The notes beneath the pieces are model-generated. The model did no database searches. It was not told where the DNA came from and worked only from the letters and a program-made list of their open reading frames with translations. From a virus: a stretch of 60,409 bases of DNA. Positions 53,001-60,409 of the stretch are shown piece after piece. How positions within the stretch are numbered: the stretch's first letter is position 1; each line of letters starts with the position of its first letter. The position numbers were made by a program, and so were the translations under genes. The DNA is taken from IMG/VR virus record IMGVR_UViG_3300045988_116135; one strand, 5' to 3'.

Positions 53001-53185
53001 GCGACTACTACTACACCTATACATCGGCTAACCGCATGCAGGTGGTGCTGGTTGGCGGTAGCGCGGACCGCGGGTCGTATGCGGGCCTCGCTTACGTGAA
53101 TACGGATTTTGCGCCTTCCGCTGCGCGTCGTTACCTCGGTTCGCGCCTTTGCTTTTTCCCCGAATTTCGTAAAACGTCGGCGTAG
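50069..53185 (+). CDS. Tail fibre / receptor-binding protein (1038 aa)
   Basis: Three repeats of the type (Y)THTDNN(L/Y)TD..KLDGL(S/D)NYDD, followed by a large C-terminal domain. Confidence 0.7.
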   Translation: MEAIRIGNDINIEWTIFRDGKPESLDGKNISVFMTNGYKKMAVKDLHFRDNVIRFTYLGKDQDYNGVYTLTLIENKGKEGMYTVDACDAFRLIPRSCSVGGDTGCGSVKVTTVKLTGDISVPAVGTGDYESMTNKPRINGVELVGDKSLEELGIPILPDNIVTDADYTHTDNNLTDALLEKLDGLSNYDDTALREALTSEISRAKEVEGDLDTAIRKVASDLSTFITGDPDADNVINRWQEVVEFLSGMTEDKDMAGVLLDLKKQILAEVTSILSGYYTSGQIDDRFVEKIKGKGLSTNDLTDELLSKINGLSNYDDEWVRSEIASIKADIDTLLGDGASDAIDTFHEIELFLQGITDKETLTGLLNDLRAEITALIPTKTSQLTNDDHIVKDANYVHTDNNYTDEDKGKLDGLDNYDDTDIRNLVTGLRTDVDKLKPVVTSTPSSGQITITPDKAKNEDPDVSITLKTKGDKDKSLMADGKYRKLPVYGRNLLLGSGKEISSTSYWVTDWYTAENIPESKQVTFTIWADLGSDVTSVWLYKAGGSVFLASIARDKFVDGKASVTFTWESGGIAENVLKLYQKSPDNNTKGNIAIHKVKLEYGDISTEWTPAWEDIPDIEGRYAYGVEWDMASSSPDGKRVGNMQLHRELPVQSKMRRCLLDRDGGVKEYLDNELSWGGSYLDYAVMTEIPEHWYKLYFNGTKFRKMLSEIPLPGYKHVDKFYISTYEARMYRTDNLLCSAAGASKSSDPNSINFRGGDNTAEWDDTYRSLLGRPVTNLTRDQFRQAARKRGSGWEMYTYNAHKTLFWLFAVEYATLDSQKPFNAQKDANGFAQGGLGPGPTQMTDWTNFNNANPLIPCGYTNEFGNGSGEKAYVVKNASGGTHATLMANRYRGIETPFGHIWKYTDGANIQVTTGDAGLSILWTTDDPSNFSDTSYTGYDKKGNICRTNGYAKKMLLGEDGDIVSTEVGGSSSTYWCDYYYTYTSANRMQVVLVGGSADRGSYAGLAYVNTDFAPSAARRYLGSRLCFFPEFRKTSA

Positions 53186-53236
53186 CCGCACGTCTCACGT
53201 CGGGAATTTTTTTGTATAACGATTAAATAACAAGAC

Positions 53237-53629
53237 ATGAAAAGAACATATAGCGACACTATACCGATCACTATGGAAAAGGACGGTGACGGATCCTACC
53301 TTTACCGGTGGGAAATTATAGAGGAGACAAGGGAGATGGGTGACGATATGGCCCCCGTGATCTCCTATAGTTACAACGAGGTCAGGGTATGGCCCACGTT
53401 GACGGCCAACAAGATATTGGAGGCCTGCATTAACGCCCTATGGGACAAGGACGTGGAGCAAAAGAAGCTGAACGACTACAACGCCGCCCAGCTAGGCATA
53501 CTGGACTTGTCATACGTGGAGTCTTATAAGACGTTCCTTAACGAGAGGAAGGCGTTGAAAGACCGTGTGGATAGCGATTTCGCCGAGTGGGAGGCGGCGA
53601 GAGAGGAGGAGAGCATAATGGTTTTATAA
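53237..53629 (+). CDS. Hypothetical protein (130 aa)
   Basis: ATG ORF. Confidence 0.55.
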   Translation: MKRTYSDTIPITMEKDGDGSYLYRWEIIEETREMGDDMAPVISYSYNEVRVWPTLTANKILEACINALWDKDVEQKKLNDYNAAQLGILDLSYVESYKTFLNERKALKDRVDSDFAEWEAAREEESIMVL

Positions 53630-53651
53630 CTAATTAAAAAGGATCGGAAGA

Positions 53652-54035
53652 ATGGATTGGACGATGATGTTAACCGCCGTATTAACCTTTGTTGGAGGAG
53701 GTGGTCTTGGAGCAGTGCTGATGTTTCCGCAAAAGAGGAAATCGGCCGAGTTGGAGAATGAGACGAAAGCGAGTGAGCAATGGAAGGAATTGTATATCAA
53801 AAGTCAGGAGGAAAAGAAAGGTTTGAGCAATCTTATAGATAAACTATACGACGATCAGGGACATTTTCGTGACGAGAATAACCGTCTTACAACCCAGATA
53901 GCGGTATACAAAGTACTTAAATGCAGAGATTTGAAATGTACCAATAGGAATCCTCCTATCGAGAACAATATAAATAGTGAGGATAAGGAGGATAAAGATT
54001 GCGATAAAGAAGGCTCCCCAGATCCAAAAGGATAG
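53652..54035 (+). CDS. Holin-like single-TM protein
   Basis: N-terminal TM MMLTAVLTFVGGGGLGAVLMF, upstream of the muralytic gene. Confidence 0.35.
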   Translation: MDWTMMLTAVLTFVGGGGLGAVLMFPQKRKSAELENETKASEQWKELYIKSQEEKKGLSNLIDKLYDDQGHFRDENNRLTTQIAVYKVLKCRDLKCTNRNPPIENNINSEDKEDKDCDKEGSPDPKG

Positions 54036-54128
54036 GGGAGCCGGATAAATTTTAGCTTCCTGTCTTTCGCAAGGGAGGATAGCAAGGTTAACAAAGCGTC
54101 ACAAATATACGAATAAAATCAAATAACA

Positions 54129-54539
54129 ATGGCAGAGAAAAAATTACCTAGAGGGTTGCGAAACTGCAACCCCGGAAACATTCGGATCAATAGTGATCTC
54201 TTTCAAGGCGAGATACGACCTAGCAAGGACAAGTCGTTTAAGCAGTTCGAGACGATGGCCTATGGATACAGGTCGGTATTCCGTATCCTATCTAATTATC
54301 GCAAGAACTACGGACTGGATACGATCCGCAAAATGATAGGTCGCTGGGCGCCGGAAAACGAGAATGATACGGACGCTTACGTTAAGGCCGTATCCGATTA
54401 CGCCGGTATCCCGGCTGATGGTCCTATCAACATCAACGATCGTGAGCAGATGATCCGAATAGTAGCGGGGATGAGCAAGGTCGAGAACGGTAGGGAGGCC
54501 GAAATGTCGGACGTTATAGCTGGATGGAATTTACTTTAA
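54129..54539 (+). CDS. Putative endolysin/muralytic enzyme
   Basis: The LRNCNPGNIRIN..F..FETMAYGYRSVFRIL..Y....GLDTIRKMIGRWAPENEND motif family is recalled from phage muralytic proteins. Confidence 0.45.
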   Translation: MAEKKLPRGLRNCNPGNIRINSDLFQGEIRPSKDKSFKQFETMAYGYRSVFRILSNYRKNYGLDTIRKMIGRWAPENENDTDAYVKAVSDYAGIPADGPININDREQMIRIVAGMSKVENGREAEMSDVIAGWNLL

Positions 54540-54581
54540 CAATAACAAGACCTAATGCTGTAGAGGTAAGCGTAAAATAAA

Positions 54582-54908
54582 ATGGTAACTAAAAACATGA
54601 CATTTGGAGAAGCTTTAGAGGCTATCAAAAAAGGAGAGTTGGTTTGTCGTGAAGGATGGAATGGGAAAGGCATGTTTATTTTTCAGCGTCCTGAAGATTG
54701 TCTGTCTACGGATATGGTCGTGAATAAGGTTAAATCCCTACCTGATGCTGTCAAGAAATGGGTTGCTAGTAAATATGGAGACTCGGAAACGGACAAGATC
54801 AAGTTCACGGCTTATTTGTGTATGAAAGCCGCTGATGATACTATCGTAAATGGCTGGTTGGCATCTCAAACGGATATGCTAGCTACGGATTGGATGATCG
54901 TTCGATAG
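54582..54908 (+). CDS. DUF2829 (Tad2-like) protein
   Basis: [29 protein letters not shown] matches the DUF2829 N-terminal signature. Confidence 0.6.
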   Translation: MVTKNMTFGEALEAIKKGELVCREGWNGKGMFIFQRPEDCLSTDMVVNKVKSLPDAVKKWVASKYGDSETDKIKFTAYLCMKAADDTIVNGWLASQTDMLATDWMIVR

Positions 54909-55376
54909 ATGAAACCGTGGCATATCATATTAATACTAGTGTGCTTGGTAGCCAGTTTCACGGCTGGCTACCATGTCCGGGGAAATGTAGCCAGTGATTC
55001 GATATCCAAGACCGACACGTCCGCCAAGGTGGATACGATCCATGACAGCATCCCGTACCCGGTCTATGAGACACTGGTACGAACAATACCTGAGCCTTTT
55101 CCTGTCTACATTACATTAGACGGTGACACGATTAAGGAACCTATATATGTCCCGGTGCCGATAACTCAAAAGGAGTACAAGACGGATGATTACCGGCTGT
55201 CAATATCCGGCTATAAGTCTAATCTTGATTACATCGAGGTTTATAGAAGGACTGAGTATATAACCAAGACAATGAATCCACGTAGATGGGGAATAGGAGT
55301 TATAGCAGGTTATGGGATCGGTAAGAATGGCTTGTCACCCTATGTCGGGATAGGTGGGTTTTATAGAATTTGGTGA
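54909..55376 (+). CDS. Membrane-anchored protein (spanin-like by position)
   Basis: N-terminal TM WHIILILVCLVASFTAG and a Gly-rich C-terminus. Confidence 0.3.
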   Translation: MKPWHIILILVCLVASFTAGYHVRGNVASDSISKTDTSAKVDTIHDSIPYPVYETLVRTIPEPFPVYITLDGDTIKEPIYVPVPITQKEYKTDDYRLSISGYKSNLDYIEVYRRTEYITKTMNPRRWGIGVIAGYGIGKNGLSPYVGIGGFYRIW

Positions 55377-55665
55377 GGCTTCCATGGCTCACGCTCGAGA
55401 AACCTCTGATAATAAATGAATGCGTTATATGAATAACAAGGGCTGACGTTTTTTGTTCATGATTAATTTAATATTAGTTTGATGGTGACTTCGTGAGAAC
55501 GAACCGGAAAGGGAGGATAAAGAAAAAGAATCTTCCCTAAATAATCGGATCGGAAGTTTGATTATTTTTTCATGCCACGCACGACGGGAAGATTCTTATA
55601 TGTCTTTCTGCCGTGCATTTTTTTGCCCGGCTTAATAGTAAAACAAACCACGAAATAAAAAGTTT

Positions 55666-55974
55666 ATGAATAAGGTGGAAATTTTTTACAAAAAAGTGAT
55701 AGAGGCAGTCTGCAAGGAGTGCGGGACCGATCCGGTAATGATGTTTAGCAACAACAAGGAGAGGAACGTTGACGCTAGGGGAGTGGCTATAACCATACTG
55801 GCCGATCGCAAGTTGAGCGACAATATCATATCCGATCTGACTGGAATGACGAGGCAAGCCGTCAACCGGATGCGTAACTTGTACCCGGACAGGATAAGGA
55901 GGAGTTATTTCCTGAGAGGAGTATTAGAAAGCGTGAAGGAAAAATTAGCTATAGAAAATCCTCTATATTCGTGA
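55666..55974 (+). CDS. DnaA C-terminal-domain-like HTH protein
   Basis: RNVDARGVAITILADRKLSDNIISDLTGMTRQAVNRM. Confidence 0.5.
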   Translation: MNKVEIFYKKVIEAVCKECGTDPVMMFSNNKERNVDARGVAITILADRKLSDNIISDLTGMTRQAVNRMRNLYPDRIRRSYFLRGVLESVKEKLAIENPLYS

Positions 55975-56126
55975 ACTTTTTTGATCTTAAAATAGTTGTA
56001 TATACGAAATAGTAGAAAAATAGTTATCGTTTTGTTTGGAGATAGTAGAATTATAGTTACCTTTGCCCCTATCAAACCTTCGTTGTTTGTTATCTTTTTT
56101 TATAATTAAAAAAGAAAGGAGGATAA

Positions 56127-56318
56127 ATGGTAATGAGAGTCAAGGATGTTATATCCTTACTTGAAGAAAACGGATGGCGTTTTGTCCGGATGCGTGGAGA
56201 TCATAGGATTTACTATAGGAAAGGAGCCAGAAGACCCATAGTAATTCCGGGTAATCTCAACGATGATCTAAAGGAAGGGACGTTGAATTCCGTTTTAAGG
56301 GAGGCAGGACTTAAATAG
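56127..56318 (+). CDS. hicA: HicA-family toxin
   Basis: VISLLEENGWRFVRMRGDHRIYYRKG..IVIPGNLNDDLKEGTLNSVLREAGL. Confidence 0.85.
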   Translation: MVMRVKDVISLLEENGWRFVRMRGDHRIYYRKGARRPIVIPGNLNDDLKEGTLNSVLREAGLK

Positions 56319-56392
56319 TCCTGCTGATGCCGCCTCCAGAAAACTTTTGAATTAATACATGGAAAACATAAGAAGAAAAAAAGACAAAATGT

Positions 56393-56797
56393 ATGCACAC
56401 ACTAAGAGTTATCATTGAACGGGCCGACAATAATTACTCGGCTTATATTGATGGTTTGGACGGTATAATAGCTACCGGTAAAACTATTGATGAGATAAAA
56501 ATGGGTATGATAGAATCTATTGATACCTTTGTTTCGGAATGTGAGGAGCTAGGCTGTGATATTCCGGAAGAGTTGCAAGGTGATTACGAGTTGGTGTTTA
56601 AAATGGATGTACGGTCTTTGTTGGAGTTTTATTCTGGCATATTTTCAAAGGCTGGTTTAGAACGTATTACAGGGATAAATCAAAAACAATTATGGCATTA
56701 TGCTTCTGGAGGAAGAAATCCTAGACCCGAACAAAGCTTAAAATTGGAAAAAGCCTTGCATAAATTAGGAGAAGAGCTCCTTTCCATATCATTATAA
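56393..56797 (+). CDS. hicB: HicB-family antitoxin with a C-terminal HTH
   Basis: NYSAYIDGLDGIIATGKTIDEIKMGMIESIDTFV. It follows hicA. Confidence 0.8.
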   Translation: MHTLRVIIERADNNYSAYIDGLDGIIATGKTIDEIKMGMIESIDTFVSECEELGCDIPEELQGDYELVFKMDVRSLLEFYSGIFSKAGLERITGINQKQLWHYASGGRNPRPEQSLKLEKALHKLGEELLSISL

Positions 56798-56932
56798 AGC
56801 CTCCCTTAAAAGGTAAAAGCGTCGTCAATACAAATTGGCGGCGCTTTTTTTGTCTCATCCCCTTCCGCAAAGAACTAGCAACAACTTCGCAACAAGCTAG
56901 CAAGGAGATATTTATTTAGCAAAGCCCTTCTC

Positions 56933-57883
56933 ATGATTTTTGTCGTGTCCGGTAATGGTGCCGGATTAACGACAAAATTAAAGATAATGGATAGAAATTA
57001 TTTTATCGGTACTCCCGAAGGAGGTAATTCCGGTGGAAGTAAGTTTGACATCATGGCCTTTCTCCCGAGCTTGATGGGCGGTGGTGGAAAATCATTGGAC
57101 CCCAATTTGGTAGCGGCTTTGATGAACAATAAGGGCAATCAAGACGCTTGGGGCGGTGGTGGTTGCTGGTGGATCTGGATCATCCTCCTGTTCTTCGTAT
57201 GGGGAGGCTGGGGTGGCAACGGCTTCGGCAACAACGGGGCTAACGGATTACCGGCTCAATTGAACAATGACGCTGGTCGTGAATTGTTGATGAACGCTAT
57301 CCAAGGAAACGGAACGGCTATCAGCCAATTGTCATCTTCCTTGAATTGCTCAACCCAGCAATTACAAAACGCTATCTGCCAGATCCAAGGACAGATCCAG
57401 AGCGTGGGTAACCAAGTAGGCTTATCCTCTCAGCAAATCATCAACGCCGTTCAATCCGGTAACAACCAATTGTTGAGCCAGATCGCCTCTTGCTGCTGCG
57501 ACGTTCGTAACGCTATCACTACGCAAGGTTATGAGAATCAATTGGCCATTGTCAATCAGACGAACACCTTGTCCGGTAACGCCAATACGCAGTTTAACAT
57601 CCTTGGAGCCAAGATTGACGCTCAAACCCAGATCATCAACGACAAGTTCTGCCAGTTGGAGATGAGAGAGATGCAAAACAAGATTGACACGTTGCGTCAA
57701 GAGAAGTCAGCCCTAGAGCTTGGAATCTCTCAGGCCGCACAGACCGCCAACATCGTGTCCCAGCTAAAGGCTCCATGTCCGATACCGGCCTATTTCGTCC
57801 CGAACCCCAACTGTTGCAACCCGATGCAGGTACAAGTGACCCGTGAGGGATGCGGATGCGCGTATAATGGAGGCTTAGTATAA
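56933..57883 (+). CDS. Gly/Gln-rich membrane protein of unknown function (alternative ATG at 56987)
   Basis: TM segment CWWIWIILLFFVWGGWGG, a Q/N-rich coiled region and a Cys-rich C-terminus. Confidence 0.55.
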   Translation: MIFVVSGNGAGLTTKLKIMDRNYFIGTPEGGNSGGSKFDIMAFLPSLMGGGGKSLDPNLVAALMNNKGNQDAWGGGGCWWIWIILLFFVWGGWGGNGFGNNGANGLPAQLNNDAGRELLMNAIQGNGTAISQLSSSLNCSTQQLQNAICQIQGQIQSVGNQVGLSSQQIINAVQSGNNQLLSQIASCCCDVRNAITTQGYENQLAIVNQTNTLSGNANTQFNILGAKIDAQTQIINDKFCQLEMREMQNKIDTLRQEKSALELGISQAAQTANIVSQLKAPCPIPAYFVPNPNCCNPMQVQVTREGCGCAYNGGLV

Positions 57884-57895
57884 GGAGGCCCTGTC

Positions 57896-58417
57896 ATGAC
57901 AGCGAGATTAAACGTAAGGACTTGCGTCCCGAGGGTTGACCAGAACGGCATCTATGTCGTGTCAACGACGGGCAAGGCCGTATCCACCCCCGATGGAGAG
58001 GAACCAAGGATCGATTTCGGACTCAATCCGTTCGTATGGTGCGCCCTCCCAGATGTTGGGGTATTGATCTGGAGAGTTAGACATCCGGTTACGACCACGG
58101 AGGCTTCTTATCCCGTGAACGTTATAGTTCCCAACGGATACGCCACGACAGTCCCGTCACAAGGCGTTCAGGCGGGTACTAGCCGGATTCCGGTTGTTGA
58201 CCACCATAACGTACAGGTGACAGGGAATGACGTTAACGTCCCTGTGGACTCCGCTAACGGATCGCCTATGTTAGGAGGTTATACAGAGCATATTGTTTGG
58301 TTCAATAAGCCTCAGGGGATATTCCGTCTTCTAGGGGTTAAGGCATCAAGCAATCCTACTCCGTCCGCCCAAGTGGGCGATACCAGAGCGGAGGCGAACG
58401 TAACGAGAAATAAATAA
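57896..58417 (+). CDS. Hypothetical protein (173 aa)
   Basis: ATG ORF with AAGGAGG 8 nt upstream. Confidence 0.55.
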   Translation: MTARLNVRTCVPRVDQNGIYVVSTTGKAVSTPDGEEPRIDFGLNPFVWCALPDVGVLIWRVRHPVTTTEASYPVNVIVPNGYATTVPSQGVQAGTSRIPVVDHHNVQVTGNDVNVPVDSANGSPMLGGYTEHIVWFNKPQGIFRLLGVKASSNPTPSAQVGDTRAEANVTRNK

Positions 58418-58462
58418 CGAGAACCCGGGATAATACCCGGTTCTCTTTAAATCAAGAAGAAA

Positions 58463-59011
58463 ATGACATTTAAGGAACTAAGAGAAGGCAACCAATATTT
58501 TATCCTTCATAAGACAGACAAGCCTTTCTGCGAGGTAGGTAGCGTGGTGGAAACTAAAAACCTGAGACCTAAACCGCAAAATTTCAATACGGGCTACCCT
58601 CCCTTGCAACCGGAGATGGTTATCGATCTAACGGTCAAAGTAGGCGACGACATGGTTAAACTATCTTCCGTACCGGCCGATAAGTCCATAGCGGACTATA
58701 AGCCTGACAACGGCGAGAAACTGGTATTGGCGTGCGATCTGGCCATGATGAACCAAGAGATAAGCTCCATGTTGCAGAATAGCCGACAGGTATTGGATAG
58801 CATAGAGGCCCATAAGTCCATCATAGATAATTGCGAGCTTATGCTTACCCAACTCAATCCCCAGTTCAAGAAGGAGAAAGAGCAGGAGGATAAGATTGCC
58901 AATCTTGAGAGCGAGATTGCGGAGATGAAAAGATTGTTTGGTGGCGGTATCGAGGAAATTAAGCAGATTCTTTTTGAGAAACAAGGTAATAACAATAAAA
59001 AATCAGGATAA
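58463..59011 (+). CDS. Hypothetical protein (182 aa)
   Basis: ATG ORF. Confidence 0.55.
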   Translation: MTFKELREGNQYFILHKTDKPFCEVGSVVETKNLRPKPQNFNTGYPPLQPEMVIDLTVKVGDDMVKLSSVPADKSIADYKPDNGEKLVLACDLAMMNQEISSMLQNSRQVLDSIEAHKSIIDNCELMLTQLNPQFKKEKEQEDKIANLESEIAEMKRLFGGGIEEIKQILFEKQGNNNKKSG

Positions 59012-59012
59012 T

Positions 59013-59330
59013 ATGGGAACATATAGCAGAAAACTGAGAGAGCTGATCGAGGAATTCGACGCCATGGAAGACGAGGATATGTTGGAACTGGCGAAGGAGG
59101 CCTATAAGCTTGGCTGTAAGGAAGGAAAGAGGAAGGCCATGGAAGGCTATGGCAACCGCATGGAGGAAGACGAAGACGATGAGTTCGAGGACGACGACGA
59201 GTTCCGTGAGATGTGGGAGCGTGGCGGCTACGGCAACCGTGGCGGCGGTCGTGGATCATCCGGTGGCGGTTATGGCAATCGCCGTGGGGTGCCGGGCACC
59301 GGACGCTACTCGAGACGATATCGTAGATAA
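59013..59330 (+). CDS. Acidic / RGG-rich protein (105 aa)
   Basis: EEDEDDEFEDDDEF followed by GGYGNRGGGRGSSGGGYGNRRG. The start is set at ATG 59013. Confidence 0.5.
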   Translation: MGTYSRKLRELIEEFDAMEDEDMLELAKEAYKLGCKEGKRKAMEGYGNRMEEDEDDEFEDDDEFREMWERGGYGNRGGGRGSSGGGYGNRRGVPGTGRYSRRYRR

Positions 59331-59332
59331 CC

Positions 59333-59785
59333 ATGAGGGGGGACCGGTTTCCCCCTCCTAAAAAACAGAGGAATATGAGACTAGATATGTATGATGATTT
59401 CCCTTCCGGCATGCGATCCTACCTGAAGGCGTATGGCTGGCATTTCTCCAAGGCCATGTGCGATTGGGCCGTATCCATGATGGAGAAGGAGGACGGAAAC
59501 GGGAAAAAGGTCAAGATAACCCCTTTCACCAAGGAGCAGGTGGATGAGATGCTAAAGAAGTATAGCGTTGACGTGAAGAAAAAGGGTGGATACGATTATG
59601 TTTACGCCGCCAACATGTGCAAGGCCGATTACCTTGGCTCCTCCGTGCCTAACGAGCAGTACGCCGCTCTTTATGTCAAGAACGTCTGCGACGATCCGGA
59701 CGCTTACGACGGGATAGTGTTCACCCGGTTCTACGCTGATTGCATCGGGTCCGGCACGCCTATAATCTGGGAGGAGATGATGTGA
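59333..59785 (+). CDS. Hypothetical protein (alternative ATG at 59375)
   Basis: ATG ORF. Confidence 0.55.
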   Translation: MRGDRFPPPKKQRNMRLDMYDDFPSGMRSYLKAYGWHFSKAMCDWAVSMMEKEDGNGKKVKITPFTKEQVDEMLKKYSVDVKKKGGYDYVYAANMCKADYLGSSVPNEQYAALYVKNVCDDPDAYDGIVFTRFYADCIGSGTPIIWEEMM

Positions 59786-59967
59786 TGGGAGGCTGGGGCT
59801 ACATACTGAGGATCTTGAAGGGAGAGTCCCCCAAGGACGTGCTGGCGAGTATGCCGGAGAAGGATTTTGACAAGGTATCCGAGGTGGTGGGCAATCTCAA
59901 GGCAACCAATCTCACCCGGCAACAAAGGAGGAGGATAGAGCGGGAGTTCAAGACGGTAAGGAGATGA
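59785..59967 (+). CDS. Small hypothetical protein (60 aa)
   Basis: TGATG overlap with the upstream stop: MGGWGYILRILKGESPKD... Confidence 0.45.
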   Translation: MGGWGYILRILKGESPKDVLASMPEKDFDKVSEVVGNLKATNLTRQQRRRIEREFKTVRR

Positions 59968-60409
59968 TACGACGGGATTACCATATCAAGAGATACGATT
60001 GGGTGATCCACGTACTGTATAACGTCACCTGCTCGAGGACATCCGATATCATAGCCCTATTGAGGAGGGTCGGTTGCCCGGAAAGCAAGATACGGGAGGC
60101 TTATGGCAACGTAGGCTCCTGCAAGCTGGACGTGGGACTTACTTATTCCAACTACCGGCGAAGGGAATCCGTCATGGTGATAGGCCGGACCTCGTCTTAC
60201 AGGGAGTTCTCCAATTCGTTGTTCCACGAGTGCCGGCACTTGACCGATCACATGGCTATAGCCTTAAATATGGATGTGGGTGGAGAAGAGATAGCTTACC
60301 TAAGCGGGTACATAGGAGGAAAGCTAGCTCCCGATATCCAGCTGTTCATTTGTGATTGCAATTGTCATAAAAACGAGATAAACAGACATATTTATCAACA
60401 AAAAAAAAG
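59964..60409 (+). CDS. HExxH-motif protein; the ORF runs off the window end and closes at nt 136 (160 aa on the circle)
   Basis: ATGA overlap with the upstream gene. Contains SLFHECRHLTDH (HExxH) and a CDCNCH cluster. Absent from the ORF track because there is no stop before the window end. Confidence 0.55.
   Translation, partial: MIRRDYHIKRYDWVIHVLYNVTCSRTSDIIALLRRVGCPESKIREAYGNVGSCKLDVGLTYSNYRRRESVMVIGRTSSYREFSNSLFHECRHLTDHMAIALNMDVGGEEIAYLSGYIGGKLAPDIQLFICDCNCHKNEINRHIYQQKK
60311..60409. repeat. Terminal direct repeat, second copy
   Basis: Identical to nt 1-99. Confidence 0.95.

Noticed and set aside
1-60409. Diversity-generating retroelement acting on the tail fibres, or stop-codon recoding
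   Set aside because: No reverse transcriptase ORF or template/variable repeat pair was seen. All large genes are open under the standard code, and the two clear tRNAs are not suppressors.

Overview
The window is one complete, circularly closing phage genome. Nt 1-99 are identical to nt 60311-60409, so the unit length is about 60,310 bp, and an ORF reads through the junction. It looks like a temperate siphovirus-type phage. The host is probably Bacteroidota; this is an inference from TAnnTTTG -7 boxes, a Bacteroides-type tyrosine integrase, a CI-like repressor and a lipoprotein.

Left arm (0.6-20.8 kb), almost all on the minus strand:
- antirepressor paralogs
- a mini C5-cytosine methyltransferase
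- a replisome-organiser-like protein
- VRR-NUC, DUF1367-like, SSB-like and Erf proteins
- two canonical tRNAs (Met-CAU, Arg-CCU)
- several tRNA-like or structured RNA elements
- a divergent repressor switch and the integrase

Right arm (21.2-60.4 kb), plus strand:
- terS, terL, portal, scaffold, major capsid, neck genes and major tail protein
- tail chaperone pair with a canonical -1 slippery site, then the tape measure
- a 5.3-kb accessory island inserted between the distal tail gene and the 1637-aa tail protein; it carries a KilA-N gene, a GIY-YIG nuclease, HTH regulators, toxin-antitoxin genes and a lipoprotein
- fibre genes, the lysis region (including a DUF2829/Tad2-like gene), hicAB, and a block of unknown genes

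Most notable observations:
1. A 173-codon same-strand ORF lies out of frame inside dcm. Its translation looks like a real protein family, which suggests dual coding.
2. A cluster of T-arm-bearing tRNA-like RNAs lies on the early strand, together with a hairpin whose loop is conserved while its outer stem covaries.
3. A self-regulated accessory island sits inside the tail module.

All functional calls come from reading motifs by eye. No searches were run.
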